A stretch of DNA of 64,000 nucleotides from Bacteroidia bacterium. Lineage in GTDB: Bacteria; Bacteroidota; Bacteroidia; NS11-12g; UBA9320. Below the pieces are notes generated by a model that saw only the letters and a list, made by a program, of their open reading frames with translations, did no database searches and was not told the origin of the DNA. Positions 48,919 to 61,073 of this stretch are shown here, one piece after another (positions within the stretch are counted from its first letter, which is position 1; the number at the start of each line of letters is the position of its first letter). Made by a program: the position numbers and the translations under genes. The stretch lies in assembly GCA_965216465.1 (NCBI GenBank), contig CBDCFW010000005.1:320001-384000 (forward strand), in the 5' to 3' direction.

Positions 48919-49365
48919 TTAGATGGTTTCTACAGAACCTCCAGCTTTTTCAATAGCTTCTTTAGCTGTTTTAGTAAATGCGTGAGCAGTAACAGCAACC
49001 CCGCTTTTTATTTCTCCTCTACCTAAAATCTTTACAAGCTCAGTTTTCTTGATCATGTTAGCAGCGATTAAAGAGTCAACAGTAACTTCTTTAGCTTTAG
49101 TACGATCAATAAAATCTTGTAATCTGTCTAGGTTGATACCAACGTATTCTACTCTATTTGGGTTTTTAAATCCAAACTTAGGTACACGTCTTTGAAGTGG
49201 CATTTGACCACCTTCAAAACCTACAGCTCTGCTGTAACCAGTTCTTGACTGTGCTCCTTTGTGTCCTTTTGTTGAGGTTCCTCCTCTTCCAGACCCTTGT
49301 CCTCTTGCAATACGCTTACCTTTTTTGGTAGATCCGTCAGCTGGTTTTAAACTATGCAAATTCAT
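48919..49365 (-). CDS. rplO: 50S ribosomal protein L15
   Basis: GFEGGQMPLQRRVPKFGF. Confidence 0.98.
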   Translation of the reverse strand: MNLHSLKPADGSTKKGKRIARGQGSGRGGTSTKGHKGAQSRTGYSRAVGFEGGQMPLQRRVPKFGFKNPNRVEYVGINLDRLQDFIDRTKAKEVTVDSLIAANMIKKTELVKILGRGEIKSGVAVTAHAFTKTAKEAIEKAGGSVETI

Positions 49366-49367
49366 CT

Positions 49368-49547
49368 TTACGCTTTTTCAATTTTTAATAGGTGTTCTAC
49401 TTTACGAATCATTCCCATTACTGCAGGAGATTCTTCCACTATTCTAGGTCTATTCAACTTTTTAAGTCCTAAAGCGATCAATGTTCTTTTTTGATCTTCA
49501 GGTCTTCTGATAGAGCTTTTTACTTGTGTGATTTTTACCTTACCCAT
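49368..49547 (-). CDS. rpmD: 50S ribosomal protein L30
   Basis: Below ORF-track cutoff; manual translation MGKVKITQVKSSIRRPEDQKRTLIALGLKK...; lies between rpsE and rplO. Confidence 0.95.
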   Translation of the reverse strand: MGKVKITQVKSSIRRPEDQKRTLIALGLKKLNRPRIVEESPAVMGMIRKVEHLLKIEKA

Positions 49548-49552
49548 TTCTC

Positions 49553-50071
49553 TTATCCGTTAAACACTTTATTTAAACTTGTTCCTCTTTGTTCAGCAAC
49601 TGTGTATGCATCTCTTAGCTTAGATAGTGCATCGATAGTTGCCTTTACCACGTTGTGTGGGTTAGAAGAACCTTTTGATTTAGCAAGTACATCATGTACA
49701 CCAGCACTTTCAAATACTGCACGCATCGCACCACCGGCAATTACTCCAGTACCACTCGCAGCTGGCTTCATAAATACTCTACCTCCAGAATACTTACCGT
49801 ATTGTTCGTGAGGAATAGTACTGTTGATCAAAGGAACTTTGATAAGATTCTTTTTAGCGTCTTCTACACCTTTTTGAATCGCATCAACAACCTCACCAGC
49901 TTTACCTAAACCGTGACCTACGATACCGTTTCCGTCTCCAACAACAACAATAGCGTTGAAACTAAATGTTCTACCACCTTTAGTAACCTTTGCTACTCTG
50001 TTAATATTTACAACTGTTTCTTTAAGTTCAAGATCAGTTGTTTTGATTTGTTTTAATGTTTGTGTTGCCAT
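49553..50071 (-). CDS. rpsE: 30S ribosomal protein S5
   Basis: [14 protein letters not shown] and GTGVIAGG motifs. Confidence 0.98.
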   Translation of the reverse strand: MATQTLKQIKTTDLELKETVVNINRVAKVTKGGRTFSFNAIVVVGDGNGIVGHGLGKAGEVVDAIQKGVEDAKKNLIKVPLINSTIPHEQYGKYSGGRVFMKPAASGTGVIAGGAMRAVFESAGVHDVLAKSKGSSNPHNVVKATIDALSKLRDAYTVAEQRGTSLNKVFNG

Positions 50072-50075
50072 AATG

Positions 50076-50420
50076 TTAGAACTTTAAACCTCCCTCTCTT
50101 GCACCTTCAGCTAAGTTTTTAACTCTACCGTGGTATAGGTATCCGTTTCTGTCAAATTTTACTTTATCAATTCCGTTTGCCGTTGCTTTTTCAGCAATCA
50201 TTTTTCCAACTTCTTTGGCAATTTCGGTTTTGGTTCCTTTGTCAATACCTTGAGACGAGCTAGCTGCTAAAGTTAAACCTTTAGTGTCGTCAATTAATTG
50301 AGCATAGATAGCCTTGTTGCTTCTAAAAACACACAATCTTGGAGTTTCAGCAGTACCAAGTACTTTGCTTCTAATACTTCTTTTAATTTTTGCTCTTCTT
50401 GTCGCTTTATTCTTAATCAT
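50076..50420 (-). CDS. rplR: 50S ribosomal protein L18
   Basis: [12 protein letters not shown]. Confidence 0.97.
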   Translation of the reverse strand: MIKNKATRRAKIKRSIRSKVLGTAETPRLCVFRSNKAIYAQLIDDTKGLTLAASSSQGIDKGTKTEIAKEVGKMIAEKATANGIDKVKFDRNGYLYHGRVKNLAEGAREGGLKF

Positions 50421-50435
50421 AATGCTCTTACTTTG

Positions 50436-50984
50436 TTATTTAGCAGCAGTTTTACCAGCTTTTCTTCTAAGTTGCTCTCCAACATATTTAACCCCTTTAC
50501 CTTTGTATGGCTCTGGTGGTCTCAAGCTTCTAAGTTTAGCAGCAACCTGCCCAACCAACTGCTTATCGATGCTTTCGAAAGTTACTACAGGTGGCTTACC
50601 TTTAACTGTTTCTGCACTTACTTTAACTTCAGAAGGAATTTGCATAAAAATGGTATGCGAGTATCCTAGGTTTAACTCTAACAATTGACCAGAAACTGTA
50701 GCTCTATAACCTACACCTACTAGTTCTTGTTGTGTTTTAAAACCTTCGCTTACTCCAATAACCATATTGTTGATTAATGAACGATACAAGCCATGTTTTG
50801 CTTTGTGCTCTTTAGTATCGTCGTTTCTTTCAACGGTTACTGTTCCTTCTTCTATTTTCACGTCAACCAAATCAACAGCTTGACTTAGTTCGCCTTTTGG
50901 TCCTTTTACAGAAACAACTCCGTTGTCGAACTTCACTTCAACTCCGCTTGGTACTGTAATTGGATTATTTCCTATTCGTGACAT
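50436..50984 (-). CDS. rplF: 50S ribosomal protein L6
   Basis: MSRIG and PEPYKGKG motifs. Confidence 0.98.
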   Translation of the reverse strand: MSRIGNNPITVPSGVEVKFDNGVVSVKGPKGELSQAVDLVDVKIEEGTVTVERNDDTKEHKAKHGLYRSLINNMVIGVSEGFKTQQELVGVGYRATVSGQLLELNLGYSHTIFMQIPSEVKVSAETVKGKPPVVTFESIDKQLVGQVAAKLRSLRPPEPYKGKGVKYVGEQLRRKAGKTAAK

Positions 50985-51011
50985 CTTTTTACTTACTTTC
51001 TTTTTTACTAA

Positions 51012-51419
51012 TTATGATACGTAGCAAAGTACTTCACCACCTACATTTTCAGTTCTAGCCTCTTTATCGGTCATTACTCCTTTTGAAGTAGAAACGATAG
51101 CGATACCTAGACCATTTAATACTCTTGGCAATTCACTTGCACTTTTGTATTGTCTTAACCCTGGCTTACTTACTCTTCTCAATTCTCTGATTGCAGATAG
51201 CTTAGTAGTTGGGTGGTATTTCAAAGCGATTTTGATCGTACCTTGATGACCAGCTTCTTCGTCGAACTTGTAGTTCAAGATGTAGCCTTTGTCGAACAAT
51301 ACCTCAGTAATTGCTTTCTTCACTTTAGAAGAAGGGATATCAACAATTCTGTGATTTGCTTTAATTCCGTTTCTAATACGGGTTAAAAAATCTGCTATTG
51401 GATCTGTTATCTTACTCAT
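51012..51419 (-). CDS. rpsH: 30S ribosomal protein S8
   Basis: [18 protein letters not shown] and GGEVLCY motifs. Confidence 0.98.
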   Translation of the reverse strand: MSKITDPIADFLTRIRNGIKANHRIVDIPSSKVKKAITEVLFDKGYILNYKFDEEAGHQGTIKIALKYHPTTKLSAIRELRRVSKPGLRQYKSASELPRVLNGLGIAIVSTSKGVMTDKEARTENVGGEVLCYVS

Positions 51420-51423
51420 TTTC

Positions 51424-51693
51424 TTACCAACTTGCTTTTGTTACTCCTGGAATAAGGCCTTTTGAAGCCATTTCTCTAAATACGTTTCTAGAGATTCCAA
51501 AATCTCTCATATATCCTCTTGGTCTACCAGTGGCAGAGCATCTGTTTCTAAGTCTTGTAGGTGAAGCATTTCGAGGAAGTTTTTGTAATCCTTCGTAATC
51601 ACCCGCTTTTTTAAGAGCAGCTCTTTTTGCAGCATACGTTTCAACCGTACGTTGTCTTTTGCGCTGTCTTGCTTTCATTGATTCTTTTGCCAT
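51424..51693 (-). CDS. rpsN: 30S ribosomal protein S14 (89-aa zinc-independent type)
   Basis: RNRC..TGRPRG and PGVTKASW motifs. Confidence 0.97.
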   Translation of the reverse strand: MAKESMKARQRKRQRTVETYAAKRAALKKAGDYEGLQKLPRNASPTRLRNRCSATGRPRGYMRDFGISRNVFREMASKGLIPGVTKASW

Positions 51694-51696
51694 CTC

Positions 51697-52242
51697 TTAA
51701 TTCTTTTTAAATGGTAGTCCTAATTCTGTTAATAAACTGTGGCACTCAACATCGGTGTTTGCAGTTGTTACAAAAGTGATGTCCATACCGTTTAATTTTG
51801 ATACTTTATCGATATTGATTTCTGGGAATATGATTTGCTCAGGAATACCCATTGTGTAGTTTCCTCTTCCATCAAATCCTTTATCGCTGATACCTTTAAA
51901 GTCTCTTACCCTTGGTAATGAAACCGAAACAAGTCTATCTAAAAACTCGTACATTTTATCGCCACGAAGAGTAACTCTACATCCAATGGCCATATCCTCA
52001 CGAAGTTTGAAGTTAGAAATTGCTTTCTTAGAATAAGTAGGAACTGCTCTTTGACCTGCAATTTGACTCATTTCTTCAACTGCAGTATCAACCAATTTCT
52101 TGTCAGCAACACCAGCACCGATTCCTTGGTTCAAACAAATCTTAGTTAGTTTAGGAATTTGCATAACATTACTATAGTTGTGCTTTTCCTTTAAGTTATT
52201 AACTAACTCAGTTTCGAATTTTTCTCTTAATCTTGGTTTCAT
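51697..52242 (-). CDS. rplE: 50S ribosomal protein L5
   Basis: LPRVRDFKG and FDGRGNY motifs. Confidence 0.98.
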   Translation of the reverse strand: MKPRLREKFETELVNNLKEKHNYSNVMQIPKLTKICLNQGIGAGVADKKLVDTAVEEMSQIAGQRAVPTYSKKAISNFKLREDMAIGCRVTLRGDKMYEFLDRLVSVSLPRVRDFKGISDKGFDGRGNYTMGIPEQIIFPEINIDKVSKLNGMDITFVTTANTDVECHSLLTELGLPFKKN

Positions 52243-52243
52243 T

Positions 52244-52582
52244 TTAATTCTTTATAAACTCCCCTGTTTTCTTTGAATATCTCTGAAGCTTACCTTCATC
52301 GTTTCTTTTTCTACCAATTCGTGTAGGCTCTCCGTTTACAACAACCTGTAGCTTAGACACTCGAATTGGAGATTCCAATTTTACGATAGATCCATTTGGA
52401 TTATCTGCATCTGGCTTTCTATGCTTGGTAACCATATTTACCCCGTCAACGATAGCAGTACCTTCTTGAAGGTTTACTAATTTTACCTCTCCAGTTTTGT
52501 TCTTATCGTTTCCAGATAAAACTTTTACGGTATCGCCTTTTTTAACGTGTAACTTAGGTATCTTGTTAAATTTACGTTTCAT
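52244..52582 (-). CDS. rplX: 50S ribosomal protein L24
   Basis: [14 protein letters not shown] motif; position in the spc operon. Confidence 0.96.
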   Translation of the reverse strand: MKRKFNKIPKLHVKKGDTVKVLSGNDKNKTGEVKLVNLQEGTAIVDGVNMVTKHRKPDADNPNGSIVKLESPIRVSKLQVVVNGEPTRIGRKRNDEGKLQRYSKKTGEFIKN

Positions 52583-52585
52583 TGC

Positions 52586-52954
52586 TTATAATACTTCAGG
52601 TGCCAACGACACAATTTTCATGAATTTCTTATCTCTTAACTCTCTAGCAACAGGTCCGAAAATACGGGTTGCTCTAGGCTCATCTTGAGCGTTCAATAGA
52701 ACACAAGAGTTGTCGTCGAAACGGATATACGATCCATCAGGTCTTCTAAACTCTTTTTTAGTTCTCACAACAACCGCTCTAGACACAGTTCCTTTTTTCA
52801 TGTTACCAGCAGGCATAGCATCCTTTACTGTAACAATGATCTTGTCACCAACGCTTGCATATCTTCTTTTGGTACCACCAAGTACTCGAATACAAAGTAC
52901 TTCTTTAGCTCCACTGTTGTCTGCAACTTTTAATCTTGACTCTTGTTGTATCAT
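52586..52954 (-). CDS. rplN: 50S ribosomal protein L14
   Basis: VADNSGA and SLAPEVL motifs. Confidence 0.98.
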   Translation of the reverse strand: MIQQESRLKVADNSGAKEVLCIRVLGGTKRRYASVGDKIIVTVKDAMPAGNMKKGTVSRAVVVRTKKEFRRPDGSYIRFDDNSCVLLNAQDEPRATRIFGPVARELRDKKFMKIVSLAPEVL

Positions 52955-52955
52955 C

Positions 52956-53210
52956 TTATTTCGCTCTTTCTAGAATTTCAACTAATCTCCAACGTTTATC
53001 TTTACTTAAAGGTCTAGTTTCCATGATACGAACGATGTCATTTTCATTACACTCGTTTTTCTCATCGTGTGCCTTAAAGCTAGAAGTCGTTTTTACGAAC
53101 TTCCCATATTTTGGATGCTTTACTTTACGCTCTACAGCAACGGTGATGGTTTTTTCCATCTTGTTACTCTTCACGACTCCAATTATTTCTTTTCTGCTAT
53201 TTCTTTCCAT
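52956..53210 (-). CDS. rpsQ: 30S ribosomal protein S17
   Basis: HPKYGK and ETRPLSK motifs. Confidence 0.98.
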   Translation of the reverse strand: MERNSRKEIIGVVKSNKMEKTITVAVERKVKHPKYGKFVKTTSSFKAHDEKNECNENDIVRIMETRPLSKDKRWRLVEILERAK

Positions 53211-53213
53211 TTC

Positions 53214-53417
53214 TTACGCCTTATTTGCTTCAGTTCTTCTTCTATTGATCTCAGTTAAAAATTTAGCAACAGTTCTTCTTGCAACCCTAATTTTATGTGG
53301 GTTTTCAATCGGAGAAACAGCATGACTGAATTTCAACTTTTGTAATTGAGCTCTCTCATCTCTTAGGCTGAGGTGAAGCTCTTTGTCAGTCATATTTTTA
53401 ATATCTTGATATTCCAT
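53214..53417 (-). CDS. rpmC: 50S ribosomal protein L29
   Basis: Position between rplP and rpsQ; ENPHKI...RR.VA motif. Confidence 0.93.
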   Translation of the reverse strand: MEYQDIKNMTDKELHLSLRDERAQLQKLKFSHAVSPIENPHKIRVARRTVAKFLTEINRRRTEANKA

Positions 53418-53419
53418 AA

Positions 53420-53839
53420 CTAAGCACTATAATCTGGTCTTACTACAAATTTTGTTGTTACAGGAAGTTTCTGAGCCGCTAATCTCATTGCCTCTCTTGC
53501 AATTTCTTCACTAACACCGTCAACTTCAAACATGATCGTACCTGGTTTAATAACCGCTACCCAGTACTCAGGAGATCCTTTACCCTTACCCATACGTACC
53601 TCAGCTGGTTTTTTAGTTACCGGCTTGTCTGGGAAAATTCGGATCCACACTTTTCCTTCTCTTTTCATATAACGGTTAAGAGCAATCCTTGCTGCCTCAA
53701 TCTGACGAGACGTAATCCAGTGTGGTTCTAACGATTTCAGTCCGAAATCACCAAACTCAATTCTGTGCCCTCTTCCAGCAACACCTTTTACTCTACCTTT
53801 CTGGCGTTTTCTATATCTAACTCTTTTTGGAGATAACAT
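53420..53839 (-). CDS. rplP: 50S ribosomal protein L16
   Basis: WIRIFPDKP and RMGKGKG motifs. Confidence 0.98.
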   Translation of the reverse strand: MLSPKRVRYRKRQKGRVKGVAGRGHRIEFGDFGLKSLEPHWITSRQIEAARIALNRYMKREGKVWIRIFPDKPVTKKPAEVRMGKGKGSPEYWVAVIKPGTIMFEVDGVSEEIAREAMRLAAQKLPVTTKFVVRPDYSA

Positions 53840-53851
53840 AATTCTACAGTG

Positions 53852-54583
53852 TTATTTGTTAATTCTTCTTCTATTATTTCCTCCTGGACGACCTCCTGGT
53901 CTTCTCTTATCTCTCTGTTTTGGCATTCCCATACCCATATTTATAGAAAGGTCTCTCTTACCGTAAACTTCTTCCTTAAATATCCATACTTTAACACCAA
54001 TCTTTCCGTATACGGTCAATGCTTCAGTTAAAGCGTAGTCTACATCAGCTCTAAAAGTGTGAAGAGGAATTCTTCCTTCTTTGAACTGTTGAGTTCTTGC
54101 CATCTCAGCACCGTTTAATCTTCCAGACACCATAACTTTGATTCCTTGTGCACCCATTCTCATTGAAGATGCGATGGCCATTTTAATTGCTCTCTTGAAG
54201 TTTACTCTTCCTTCAATTTGTTGAGCGATTGACTGACCAACCAACATAGCGTCTAGTTCTGGTCGCTTAACCTCGAAGATGTTAATTTGAACATCTTTCT
54301 TAGTAAGCTTTTTAACTTCTTCTTTTAGTTTATCTACTTCAGATCCACCTTTACCAATCACAATACCTGGACGAGATGTGTGAACTGTGATGATGATTCT
54401 TTTAAGCATTCTCTCAATTAAAATTTTTGAGATACCGCCTCTTGGAATTCTAGCTCTTAGATAGTTTCTGATTTTATTATCTTCTGCTAGTTTTTCTCCA
54501 AATTCTTTACCACCGTACCAGTTGCTTTCCCAACCTCTAATGATACCTAATCTTAAACCTATTGGATTTACTTTTTGTCCCAT
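53852..54583 (-). CDS. rpsC: 30S ribosomal protein S3
   Basis: [20 protein letters not shown] and GRIPLHT motifs. Confidence 0.98.
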   Translation of the reverse strand: MGQKVNPIGLRLGIIRGWESNWYGGKEFGEKLAEDNKIRNYLRARIPRGGISKILIERMLKRIIITVHTSRPGIVIGKGGSEVDKLKEEVKKLTKKDVQINIFEVKRPELDAMLVGQSIAQQIEGRVNFKRAIKMAIASSMRMGAQGIKVMVSGRLNGAEMARTQQFKEGRIPLHTFRADVDYALTEALTVYGKIGVKVWIFKEEVYGKRDLSINMGMGMPKQRDKRRPGGRPGGNNRRRINK

Positions 54584-54585
54584 TT

Positions 54586-54969
54586 TTATTCTTCAGTTTG
54601 TGATTCTTCAGTTGCTTCTTCAGTATCAATAGTATCTACTACTATCGTAATATGATTTGATCTCTTTCTAATTCTGTGTGCACGTCCTTGTGGAGCAGGT
54701 TGAATTCTTTTTAACATTCTTCCTGGATCAACAAAAACACTTTTTACGATCAGACCAGTTTCCTCATCAACACGCTCTTCGTTTACTTGTTGCCAGTTTG
54801 CAATTGCAGACTTTAAAAGTTTTTCAACTTTCTCAGCATACACGCGCTTTTGGCTAAACTTCAATACGTTTAATGCGTCTTCTACCCTTTGTCCTCTGAT
54901 TTGATCAACAACCAATCTCATCTTACGAGGAGACATTGGACAATTATTTAATTTCGCTACTGCTTCCAT
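54586..54969 (-). CDS. rplV: 50S ribosomal protein L22
   Basis: SPRKMRLV and PAPQGRA motifs. Confidence 0.97.
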   Translation of the reverse strand: MEAVAKLNNCPMSPRKMRLVVDQIRGQRVEDALNVLKFSQKRVYAEKVEKLLKSAIANWQQVNEERVDEETGLIVKSVFVDPGRMLKRIQPAPQGRAHRIRKRSNHITIVVDTIDTEEATEESQTEE

Positions 54970-54971
54970 TT

Positions 54972-55235
54972 TTATTTCTTAATTGGGTGACCTTTAAATG
55001 TTCTTGTCGGTGCAAACTCACCTAATTTATGTCCTACCATGTTCTCAGTTACATAAACAGGAATGAATTTATTTCCGTTATGAACAGCAAACGTATGACC
55101 AACAAAATCTGGAGTGATTAAAGAGCTTCTGCTCCAAGTTTTAATAACAGATTTCTTACCTGACTCATTAATAGCGTCAACTTTTCTTTGAAGCTTATAA
55201 TGAACAAATGGTCCTTTTTTTAATGATCTTGGCAT
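54972..55235 (-). CDS. rpsS: 30S ribosomal protein S19
   Basis: RSLKKGPF and [11 protein letters not shown] motifs. Confidence 0.98.
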   Translation of the reverse strand: MPRSLKKGPFVHYKLQRKVDAINESGKKSVIKTWSRSSLITPDFVGHTFAVHNGNKFIPVYVTENMVGHKLGEFAPTRTFKGHPIKK

Positions 55236-55238
55236 ATT

Positions 55239-56060
55239 CTATTTTTTCTTTCTTTCTAAAATTAATCTAGATGAGTTCTTATTCTTATTTCTAGTCTTAA
55301 GACCTCTAGACTTAACACCTTTTCTAGTTCTAGCCTGTCCACCTTTCGAACGACCTTCACCACCACCTTGTGGGTGATCAACCGGGTTCATAGCTGCTGG
55401 ACGAGTTCTAGGTCTTCTTCCTAACCATCTGCTTCTACCTGCTTTACCAGAGATTGCTAACTGGTGGTCTCCGTTAGAAACTTCTCCCAAAGTAGCCATA
55501 CAAGCTGAAAGGATGTTTCTAGTTTCACCTGATGGCAACTTAATTGTTGCATACTTACCATCTCTTGCTAGTAACTGAGCACTTGTACCTGCACTTCTAC
55601 AGATTTCAGCACCTTTACCTGGTTGCATTTCGATGTTGTGAATGGTAGAACCCAATGGAATTTCTTTCATTGGAAGTGCATTTCCAGTATCAGGGCTTGA
55701 TCCTGATCCACTGCTAATCTTTTGTCCAACTGTTAATCCTTTAGGAGCTAAGATGTATCTTTTCTCACCGTCAGCATATTGAACTAAAGAGATAAATGCA
55801 GTTCTATTTGGATCGTACTCAATCGTTAGAACTTCTGCACTCTCGTGTCTATTTCTTTTGAAATCGATAATACGGTATCTTCTCTTATGACCACCACCTC
55901 TGTTTCTCATGGTCATCTTACCTGTATCGTTTCTACCCCCAGATTTCTTAAGTGGAGCTAATAAGCTTTTCTCTGGCTTGCTAGTAGTAAGCTCATCGAA
56001 AGTTACCGCCAACTTAAATCGTTGTCCTGGTGTTACTGGTTTTATTCTCTTAATACCCAT
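55239..56060 (-). CDS. rplB: 50S ribosomal protein L2
   Basis: EYDPNR and [13 protein letters not shown] motifs. Confidence 0.98.
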   Translation of the reverse strand: MGIKRIKPVTPGQRFKLAVTFDELTTSKPEKSLLAPLKKSGGRNDTGKMTMRNRGGGHKRRYRIIDFKRNRHESAEVLTIEYDPNRTAFISLVQYADGEKRYILAPKGLTVGQKISSGSGSSPDTGNALPMKEIPLGSTIHNIEMQPGKGAEICRSAGTSAQLLARDGKYATIKLPSGETRNILSACMATLGEVSNGDHQLAISGKAGRSRWLGRRPRTRPAAMNPVDHPQGGGEGRSKGGQARTRKGVKSRGLKTRNKNKNSSRLILERKKK

Positions 56061-56070
56061 TGTCTCTCAA

Positions 56071-56361
56071 TTAAATATTTTCGTAAAAATCAATAGTTTG
56101 ACCATCTTTTAAGCTTACAATAGCTTTTTTGATGTTGGAAGTTCTTCCGTTAGAAACTCCTGATTTTGTGAATCTTGTTTTTCTCTTTCCTGCTACAACT
56201 AAAGTTCTGATCTTATCAACTTCTACGTTATAAACTTTCTCTATCTCTGCTTTGATCTCAGGCTTTGTAGAGTCAAGTGCAACAACAAACCCGTATTGGC
56301 CTTTTTGCTCGCCTAACAAAGACATTTTTTCAGTGATCAAAGGTTTTACAAGTACTGCCAT
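56071..56361 (-). CDS. rplW: 50S ribosomal protein L23
   Basis: PLITEK and KKAIV motifs. Confidence 0.97.
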   Translation of the reverse strand: MAVLVKPLITEKMSLLGEQKGQYGFVVALDSTKPEIKAEIEKVYNVEVDKIRTLVVAGKRKTRFTKSGVSNGRTSNIKKAIVSLKDGQTIDFYENI

Positions 56362-56362
56362 C

Positions 56363-56989
56363 TTAATTTAATATTTCTTTTAGTTTATCGATTGAATTCT
56401 CTACAAGAATGATATTGGTTGCATTAAGAATGCTGTACGTATTCGCTTCGCTTGCCAATTGAACTTGTGCGTTAGGAATGTTTCTTGCAGATAGGTAAAC
56501 ATTTGCATTGTATTCCGGAACGAGTAACAAGGTCTTTTTATCATTCAATTTTAAGTTCGTCAAAATGTCTAGGTAACCTTTAGTTTTAGGGCTATCCATT
56601 TCGATTGCGTCGATGATAGTAACTTCCTTACCTTTTGCTTTGTAAGTAAGTGCTGATCTTCTTGCAACTTGCTTAAGTTTCTTATTTAGCTTGAAGCTGT
56701 AGTCTCTTGGACGAGGACCGTGCATTCTACCACCACCAACAAAAACACCAGATTTCAAACTACCTGCTCTCGCGGTACCTGTACCTTTTTGTTTTTTGAT
56801 TTTTCGAGTAGATGCAGTAACATCACCTTTCTCAGTTGAAGAGTGAGTACCTTGTCTTTGGCTAGCTAAGTACTGCTTAACATCTAGATAGATGGCATGA
56901 TCATTTGGTTCAACACCAAAGATCGACTTTGGAAGAGTTACGTCTTTTCCAGTCTCTGCTCCTGCTGTATTTAATACCTTAACTTTCAT
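56363..56989 (-). CDS. rplD: 50S ribosomal protein L4
   Basis: RQGTH and QKGTGTARAG motifs. Confidence 0.98.
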   Translation of the reverse strand: MKVKVLNTAGAETGKDVTLPKSIFGVEPNDHAIYLDVKQYLASQRQGTHSSTEKGDVTASTRKIKKQKGTGTARAGSLKSGVFVGGGRMHGPRPRDYSFKLNKKLKQVARRSALTYKAKGKEVTIIDAIEMDSPKTKGYLDILTNLKLNDKKTLLLVPEYNANVYLSARNIPNAQVQLASEANTYSILNATNIILVENSIDKLKEILN

Positions 56990-56990
56990 T

Positions 56991-57608
56991 TTACTTTTCG
57001 ATTACAACGTAAGATCCTTTATGTCCAGGAATCGCTCCGCTTATTACTAATAAATTGTTTTCAGCATCAACCTTAAGAATTCTTAAGTTTTGCATTTTAA
57101 CTCTATCGCCACCAGTTCTTCCGGCCATTCTAGTTCCTTTGAATACTCTTGAAGGAGTAGAACCAGCACCTAACGAACCTGGAGCTCTTAATCTGTTGTG
57201 CTGACCGTGAGTAGCCTCACCAACACCACTAAATCCGTGACGTTTAACAACACCTTGGAAACCTTTTCCTTTAGACGTACCAACTACATCTACAAATTGA
57301 CCTTCTTCGAAAACTTCAACTCCGAAAGAATCTCCAAGATTCACTTCGTTTTCAAAGTCTCTTACTTCAACAACCATTCTCTTTGGTGTTGTTTTAGCCT
57401 TTGCGTAATGGCCCATTTCTGCTTTGTTCGAACTCTTTTCTCTCTTTTCGACAGAAGCGATCTGAACAGCATTGTAACCATCCTTGTCAGAGGTTTTGAT
57501 TTGAGTAACAACGTTTGGAGCTCCTTGAACTACTGTACAAGGCTCTTTTTTACCTGCTTCGGTAAAAATCGCTGTCATTCCAACTTTTTTTCCTATAAAA
57601 CTTAACAT
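56991..57608 (-). CDS. rplC: 50S ribosomal protein L3
   Basis: GKKVGMT and [14 protein letters not shown] motifs. Confidence 0.98.
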   Translation of the reverse strand: MLSFIGKKVGMTAIFTEAGKKEPCTVVQGAPNVVTQIKTSDKDGYNAVQIASVEKREKSSNKAEMGHYAKAKTTPKRMVVEVRDFENEVNLGDSFGVEVFEEGQFVDVVGTSKGKGFQGVVKRHGFSGVGEATHGQHNRLRAPGSLGAGSTPSRVFKGTRMAGRTGGDRVKMQNLRILKVDAENNLLVISGAIPGHKGSYVVIEK

Positions 57609-57615
57609 CTTCTTT

Positions 57616-57924
57616 TTAAACTTTAATTTCTACGTCTACTCCACTTGGCAATTCTAGTTTCATTAATGCGTCAACAGTTTTCGCACTTGAACTATAAATG
57701 TCCATTAATCTCTTATAAGAACTTAATTTAAATTGTTCTCTAGCTTTCTTGTTTACGTGAGGAGATCTTAATACTGTAAAAACTTTTCTTTGCGTTGGAA
57801 GTGGAATTGGACCACTAACAATAGCTCCAGTAGCCTTAACAGATTTAACAATCTTCTCTGCTGATTTATCAATCAGATTGTGATCGTAAGATTTTAGCTT
57901 TATTCTTATTTTTTGATTAATCAT
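57616..57924 (-). CDS. rpsJ: 30S ribosomal protein S10
   Basis: [10 protein letters not shown] and [13 protein letters not shown] motifs. Confidence 0.98.
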   Translation of the reverse strand: MINQKIRIKLKSYDHNLIDKSAEKIVKSVKATGAIVSGPIPLPTQRKVFTVLRSPHVNKKAREQFKLSSYKRLMDIYSSSAKTVDALMKLELPSGVDVEIKV

Positions 57925-57928
57925 TTCT

Positions 57929-60034
57929 TTATGCTTTTGCTGTTCCGTTAACTTTTGCGATTACTTCTTCTGATATGTTCTTAGGAACGATATCGTAGTT
58001 GTTGAACTCCATAGTAGAAGTTGCTCTACCTGATGTGATAGTTCTCAAGTCAGTTACATATCCAAACATCATTGATAATGGTACAAGAGCTTTAATTACT
58101 TGTGCTCCTGACTTCTCATCAACACCTTGCATCTGACCTCTTCTTCTATTCAAGTCACCCATTACATCACCCATGTTCTCTTCAGGAGTAATAACTTCAA
58201 GCTTCATAATTGGCTCAAGTAATACAGGTCCTGCAGATTTACAAGCTTCTCTAAATGCAAACTTCGCAGCAGTTTCGAAAGAAAGTGAATCAGAATCCAC
58301 AGGGTGGAAAGAACCGTCGAATAATCTTACTTTTAGGTTTTGAACTTCGTAACCTGCAAGAACACCATTCTTCATAGCTTCTTTAAATCCTTTCTCTACT
58401 GAAGGAATGTACTCTCTTGGAATAGCACCACCAACAATCTCGTTAATGAATTCTAATCCTTCTTTTCCTTCATCACCAGGCATAATTTCTACCTGAATGT
58501 CTGCAAACTTACCACGACCACCAGACTGTTTCTTGTAAGTCTCACGGTGAATGATAGGCTGTGTAATAGTTTCTTTATAAGCTACCTGAGGTGCACCTTG
58601 GTTAGCTTCTACTTTAAACTCTCTCTTTAAACGATCGATGATAATCTCAAGGTGAAGCTCTCCCATTCCTGAAATAACTGTTTGACCGGTTTCTTCATCA
58701 GATTTAACTTGGAAGGTTGGATCCTCCTCAGCAAGCTTAGCAAGTGCCATACCTAACTTATCTACGTCAGCTTGAGTTTTAGGCTCAATAGCAACCCCGA
58801 TTACTGGATCTGGGAAATCCATAGATTCAAGTACGATCGGTGCATTTTCTGCACAAAGAGTATCTCCAGTTCTGATATCTTTAAATCCTACTAGCGCCGC
58901 AATATCACCAGCTTGTAACTGATCGATTTGGTTTTGCTTGTTAGCGTGCATTTGGAAGATACGAGAGATACGCTCTTTTTTATTTGTTCTTGTGTTTAAC
59001 ACATAAGATCCTGAATCAAGTGCACCAGAATAAGCTCTAGTGAAACAAAGTCTACCAACGTAAGGGTCAGTAGCGATCTTAAATGCTAAAGAAGCAAATG
59101 GCTCATCAACGCTTGGCTTTCTAGAAGCTTCTTCATCGTTTTTAGGATTGGTTCCTACGATAGCTTCTTGATCTAATGGAGATGGAAGAATTTCCATTAC
59201 CATATCAAGCATTGCTTGAACACCTTTATTTTTAAACGCAGATCCACACATCATAGGAACGATTTTCATTCCGATAGTTGCTTCTCTTAACGCGTCTAAG
59301 ATTTCTCTTTCTGAAATTGAGTTTGGATCTTCGAAGTATTTCTCCATCAAAGTATCATCGAACTCAGCAATTGCTTCTAACAGATTTTCTCTGTATTCAG
59401 CAACCTCGTCAACCATATCATCTGGAATTGGTACTTCTTCAAAAGTCATTCCGTGATCGTGCTCATTCCAAACAATACCTCTGTTGTTGATTAGATCAAC
59501 TACACCAGTAAAGTTATCTTCAGCACCGATAGGCAATTGCAATGGAACTGCAGTAGACCCTAACATTTCTTTTACCTGACGGCAAACGTTAAGGAAGTCA
59601 GCTCCTTGTCTATCCATTTTATTAACAAACCCGATTCTTGCTACGTTATAGTTGTTTGCAAGTCTCCAGTTAGTTTCAGATTGTGGCTCTACACCATCAA
59701 CAGCACTAAATAAGAATACCAAACCATCCAATACACGAAGTGATCTGTTTACCTCAACAGTAAAGTCAACGTGACCTGGGGTATCAATAATATTTACGTG
59801 ATAATCTTTTCCTCTGTATGGCCAGAATACAGTAGTAGCAGCAGAAGTAATGGTAATACCTCTTTCTTGCTCCTGCTCCATCCAGTCCATAGTAGCAGCA
59901 CCGTCATGCACCTCACCAATCTTGTGAGAAACACCCGCGTAATAAAGTACACGCTCAGTAGTAGTGGTTTTTCCAGCATCAATGTGAGCTGCGATACCGA
60001 TATTACGTGTGTATTTTAAATCTCTTTTTGCCAT
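57929..60034 (-). CDS. fusA: elongation factor G
   Basis: [19 protein letters not shown] and NKMD motifs. Confidence 0.99.
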   Translation of the reverse strand: MAKRDLKYTRNIGIAAHIDAGKTTTTERVLYYAGVSHKIGEVHDGAATMDWMEQEQERGITITSAATTVFWPYRGKDYHVNIIDTPGHVDFTVEVNRSLRVLDGLVFLFSAVDGVEPQSETNWRLANNYNVARIGFVNKMDRQGADFLNVCRQVKEMLGSTAVPLQLPIGAEDNFTGVVDLINNRGIVWNEHDHGMTFEEVPIPDDMVDEVAEYRENLLEAIAEFDDTLMEKYFEDPNSISEREILDALREATIGMKIVPMMCGSAFKNKGVQAMLDMVMEILPSPLDQEAIVGTNPKNDEEASRKPSVDEPFASLAFKIATDPYVGRLCFTRAYSGALDSGSYVLNTRTNKKERISRIFQMHANKQNQIDQLQAGDIAALVGFKDIRTGDTLCAENAPIVLESMDFPDPVIGVAIEPKTQADVDKLGMALAKLAEEDPTFQVKSDEETGQTVISGMGELHLEIIIDRLKREFKVEANQGAPQVAYKETITQPIIHRETYKKQSGGRGKFADIQVEIMPGDEGKEGLEFINEIVGGAIPREYIPSVEKGFKEAMKNGVLAGYEVQNLKVRLFDGSFHPVDSDSLSFETAAKFAFREACKSAGPVLLEPIMKLEVITPEENMGDVMGDLNRRRGQMQGVDEKSGAQVIKALVPLSMMFGYVTDLRTITSGRATSTMEFNNYDIVPKNISEEVIAKVNGTAKA

Positions 60035-60042
60035 TTCTTTAA

Positions 60043-60513
60043 TTATACTCTAAAGTGTGAGAATGCTTTATTGGCCTCAGCCATTTTATGTGTGTCTTCT
60101 TTTTTCTTAACTGCAGCACCTTCACCTTTTGCAGCAGCTAAAATTTCTCCAGCTAGTTTATTAGCCATTGATTTTTCGTTACGCTTACGTGCGTAGTTAA
60201 TCATCCACTTGATACCGAAAGAAACTTTAAGCTCAGGCTTAACCTCCATAGGAATTTGGAAAGTAGCCCCACCTACTCTACGGCTCTTTACCATTACTGA
60301 TGGCATAACGTTGTTTAACGCTTTCTTCCAAGTATCAATACCAGACTCTTCCTCTACCTTGCTATCTACGATATCAATTGCTTCATAAAAAATCTTTCTT
60401 GCAGTTTCTTTTTTACCTGCAAGCATCATATTGTTTATGAACTTAGACGCCAAGATGTCGTTGAATCTTGGATCTGGAATAATCTCTCTTTTTCTAGCTT
60501 TTGACTTTCTCAT
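60043..60513 (-). CDS. rpsG: 30S ribosomal protein S7
   Basis: [11 protein letters not shown] and [11 protein letters not shown] motifs. Confidence 0.98.
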   Translation of the reverse strand: MRKSKARKREIIPDPRFNDILASKFINNMMLAGKKETARKIFYEAIDIVDSKVEEESGIDTWKKALNNVMPSVMVKSRRVGGATFQIPMEVKPELKVSFGIKWMINYARKRNEKSMANKLAGEILAAAKGEGAAVKKKEDTHKMAEANKAFSHFRV

Positions 60514-60887
60514 TATTTCTTAGGTCTTTTGGCTCCGTACTTACTTCTTCTTTGTGTTCTACCTTCAACACCCGCAGTATCTAAAGCACCACGTACAATG
60601 TGATATCTAACACCAGGTAAATCCTTTACTCTTCCACCTCTTACAAGAACAATACTGTGCTCCTGCAAATTGTGACCCTCACCAGGGATGTAAGCATTTA
60701 CTTCATTACCATTTGTTAGCCTAACTCTCGCAACTTTTCTCATTGCAGAATTTGGCTTTTTAGGAGTGGTTGTATAAACCCTTGTGCACACACCTCTTCT
60801 TTGCGGACAAGAGTCTAAAGCTCTTGACTTGCTTTTCTTGGTGAGTTGCTTTCTCCCTTTCCTTACTAATTGTTGTATTGTAGGCAT
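60513..60887 (-). CDS. rpsL: 30S ribosomal protein S12
   Basis: [17 protein letters not shown] and RVKDLPG motifs; true start is ATG 60887. Confidence 0.99.
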   Translation of the reverse strand: MPTIQQLVRKGRKQLTKKSKSRALDSCPQRRGVCTRVYTTTPKKPNSAMRKVARVRLTNGNEVNAYIPGEGHNLQEHSIVLVRGGRVKDLPGVRYHIVRGALDTAGVEGRTQRRSKYGAKRPKK

Positions 60888-60917
60888 ATATTTTAATCCA
60901 ATTTCTAAAAAGGTCTG

Positions 60918-60947
60918 CAAAAGTAGTATTAATAAATAAGTATACAA
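60918..60947 (-). promoter_or_regulatory. promoter of the rpsL (str) operon
   Basis: TTG-N19-TACTTTTG. Confidence 0.75.
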
Positions 60948-61073
60948 GGCCTTTGAGAAAAAAAATCGAGAATAAAAATGACCCTCTTTTTTAGCGTTCT
61001 TTTTTACGCTTAAATAATCCTCAATTTCACTCTTTGAACTTCTTAGATTTATACCTTAACCTTGTAGTGCTAA

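Noticed and set aside
57925-57928. Absence of tuf between fusA and rpsJ
   Set aside because: Normal gene order in Bacteroidota; not a deletion.
46468-60019. Many 60-135 aa plus-strand ORFs across the ribosomal cluster
   Set aside because: Antisense shadows of highly biased genes; no recognisable domains or independent signals.
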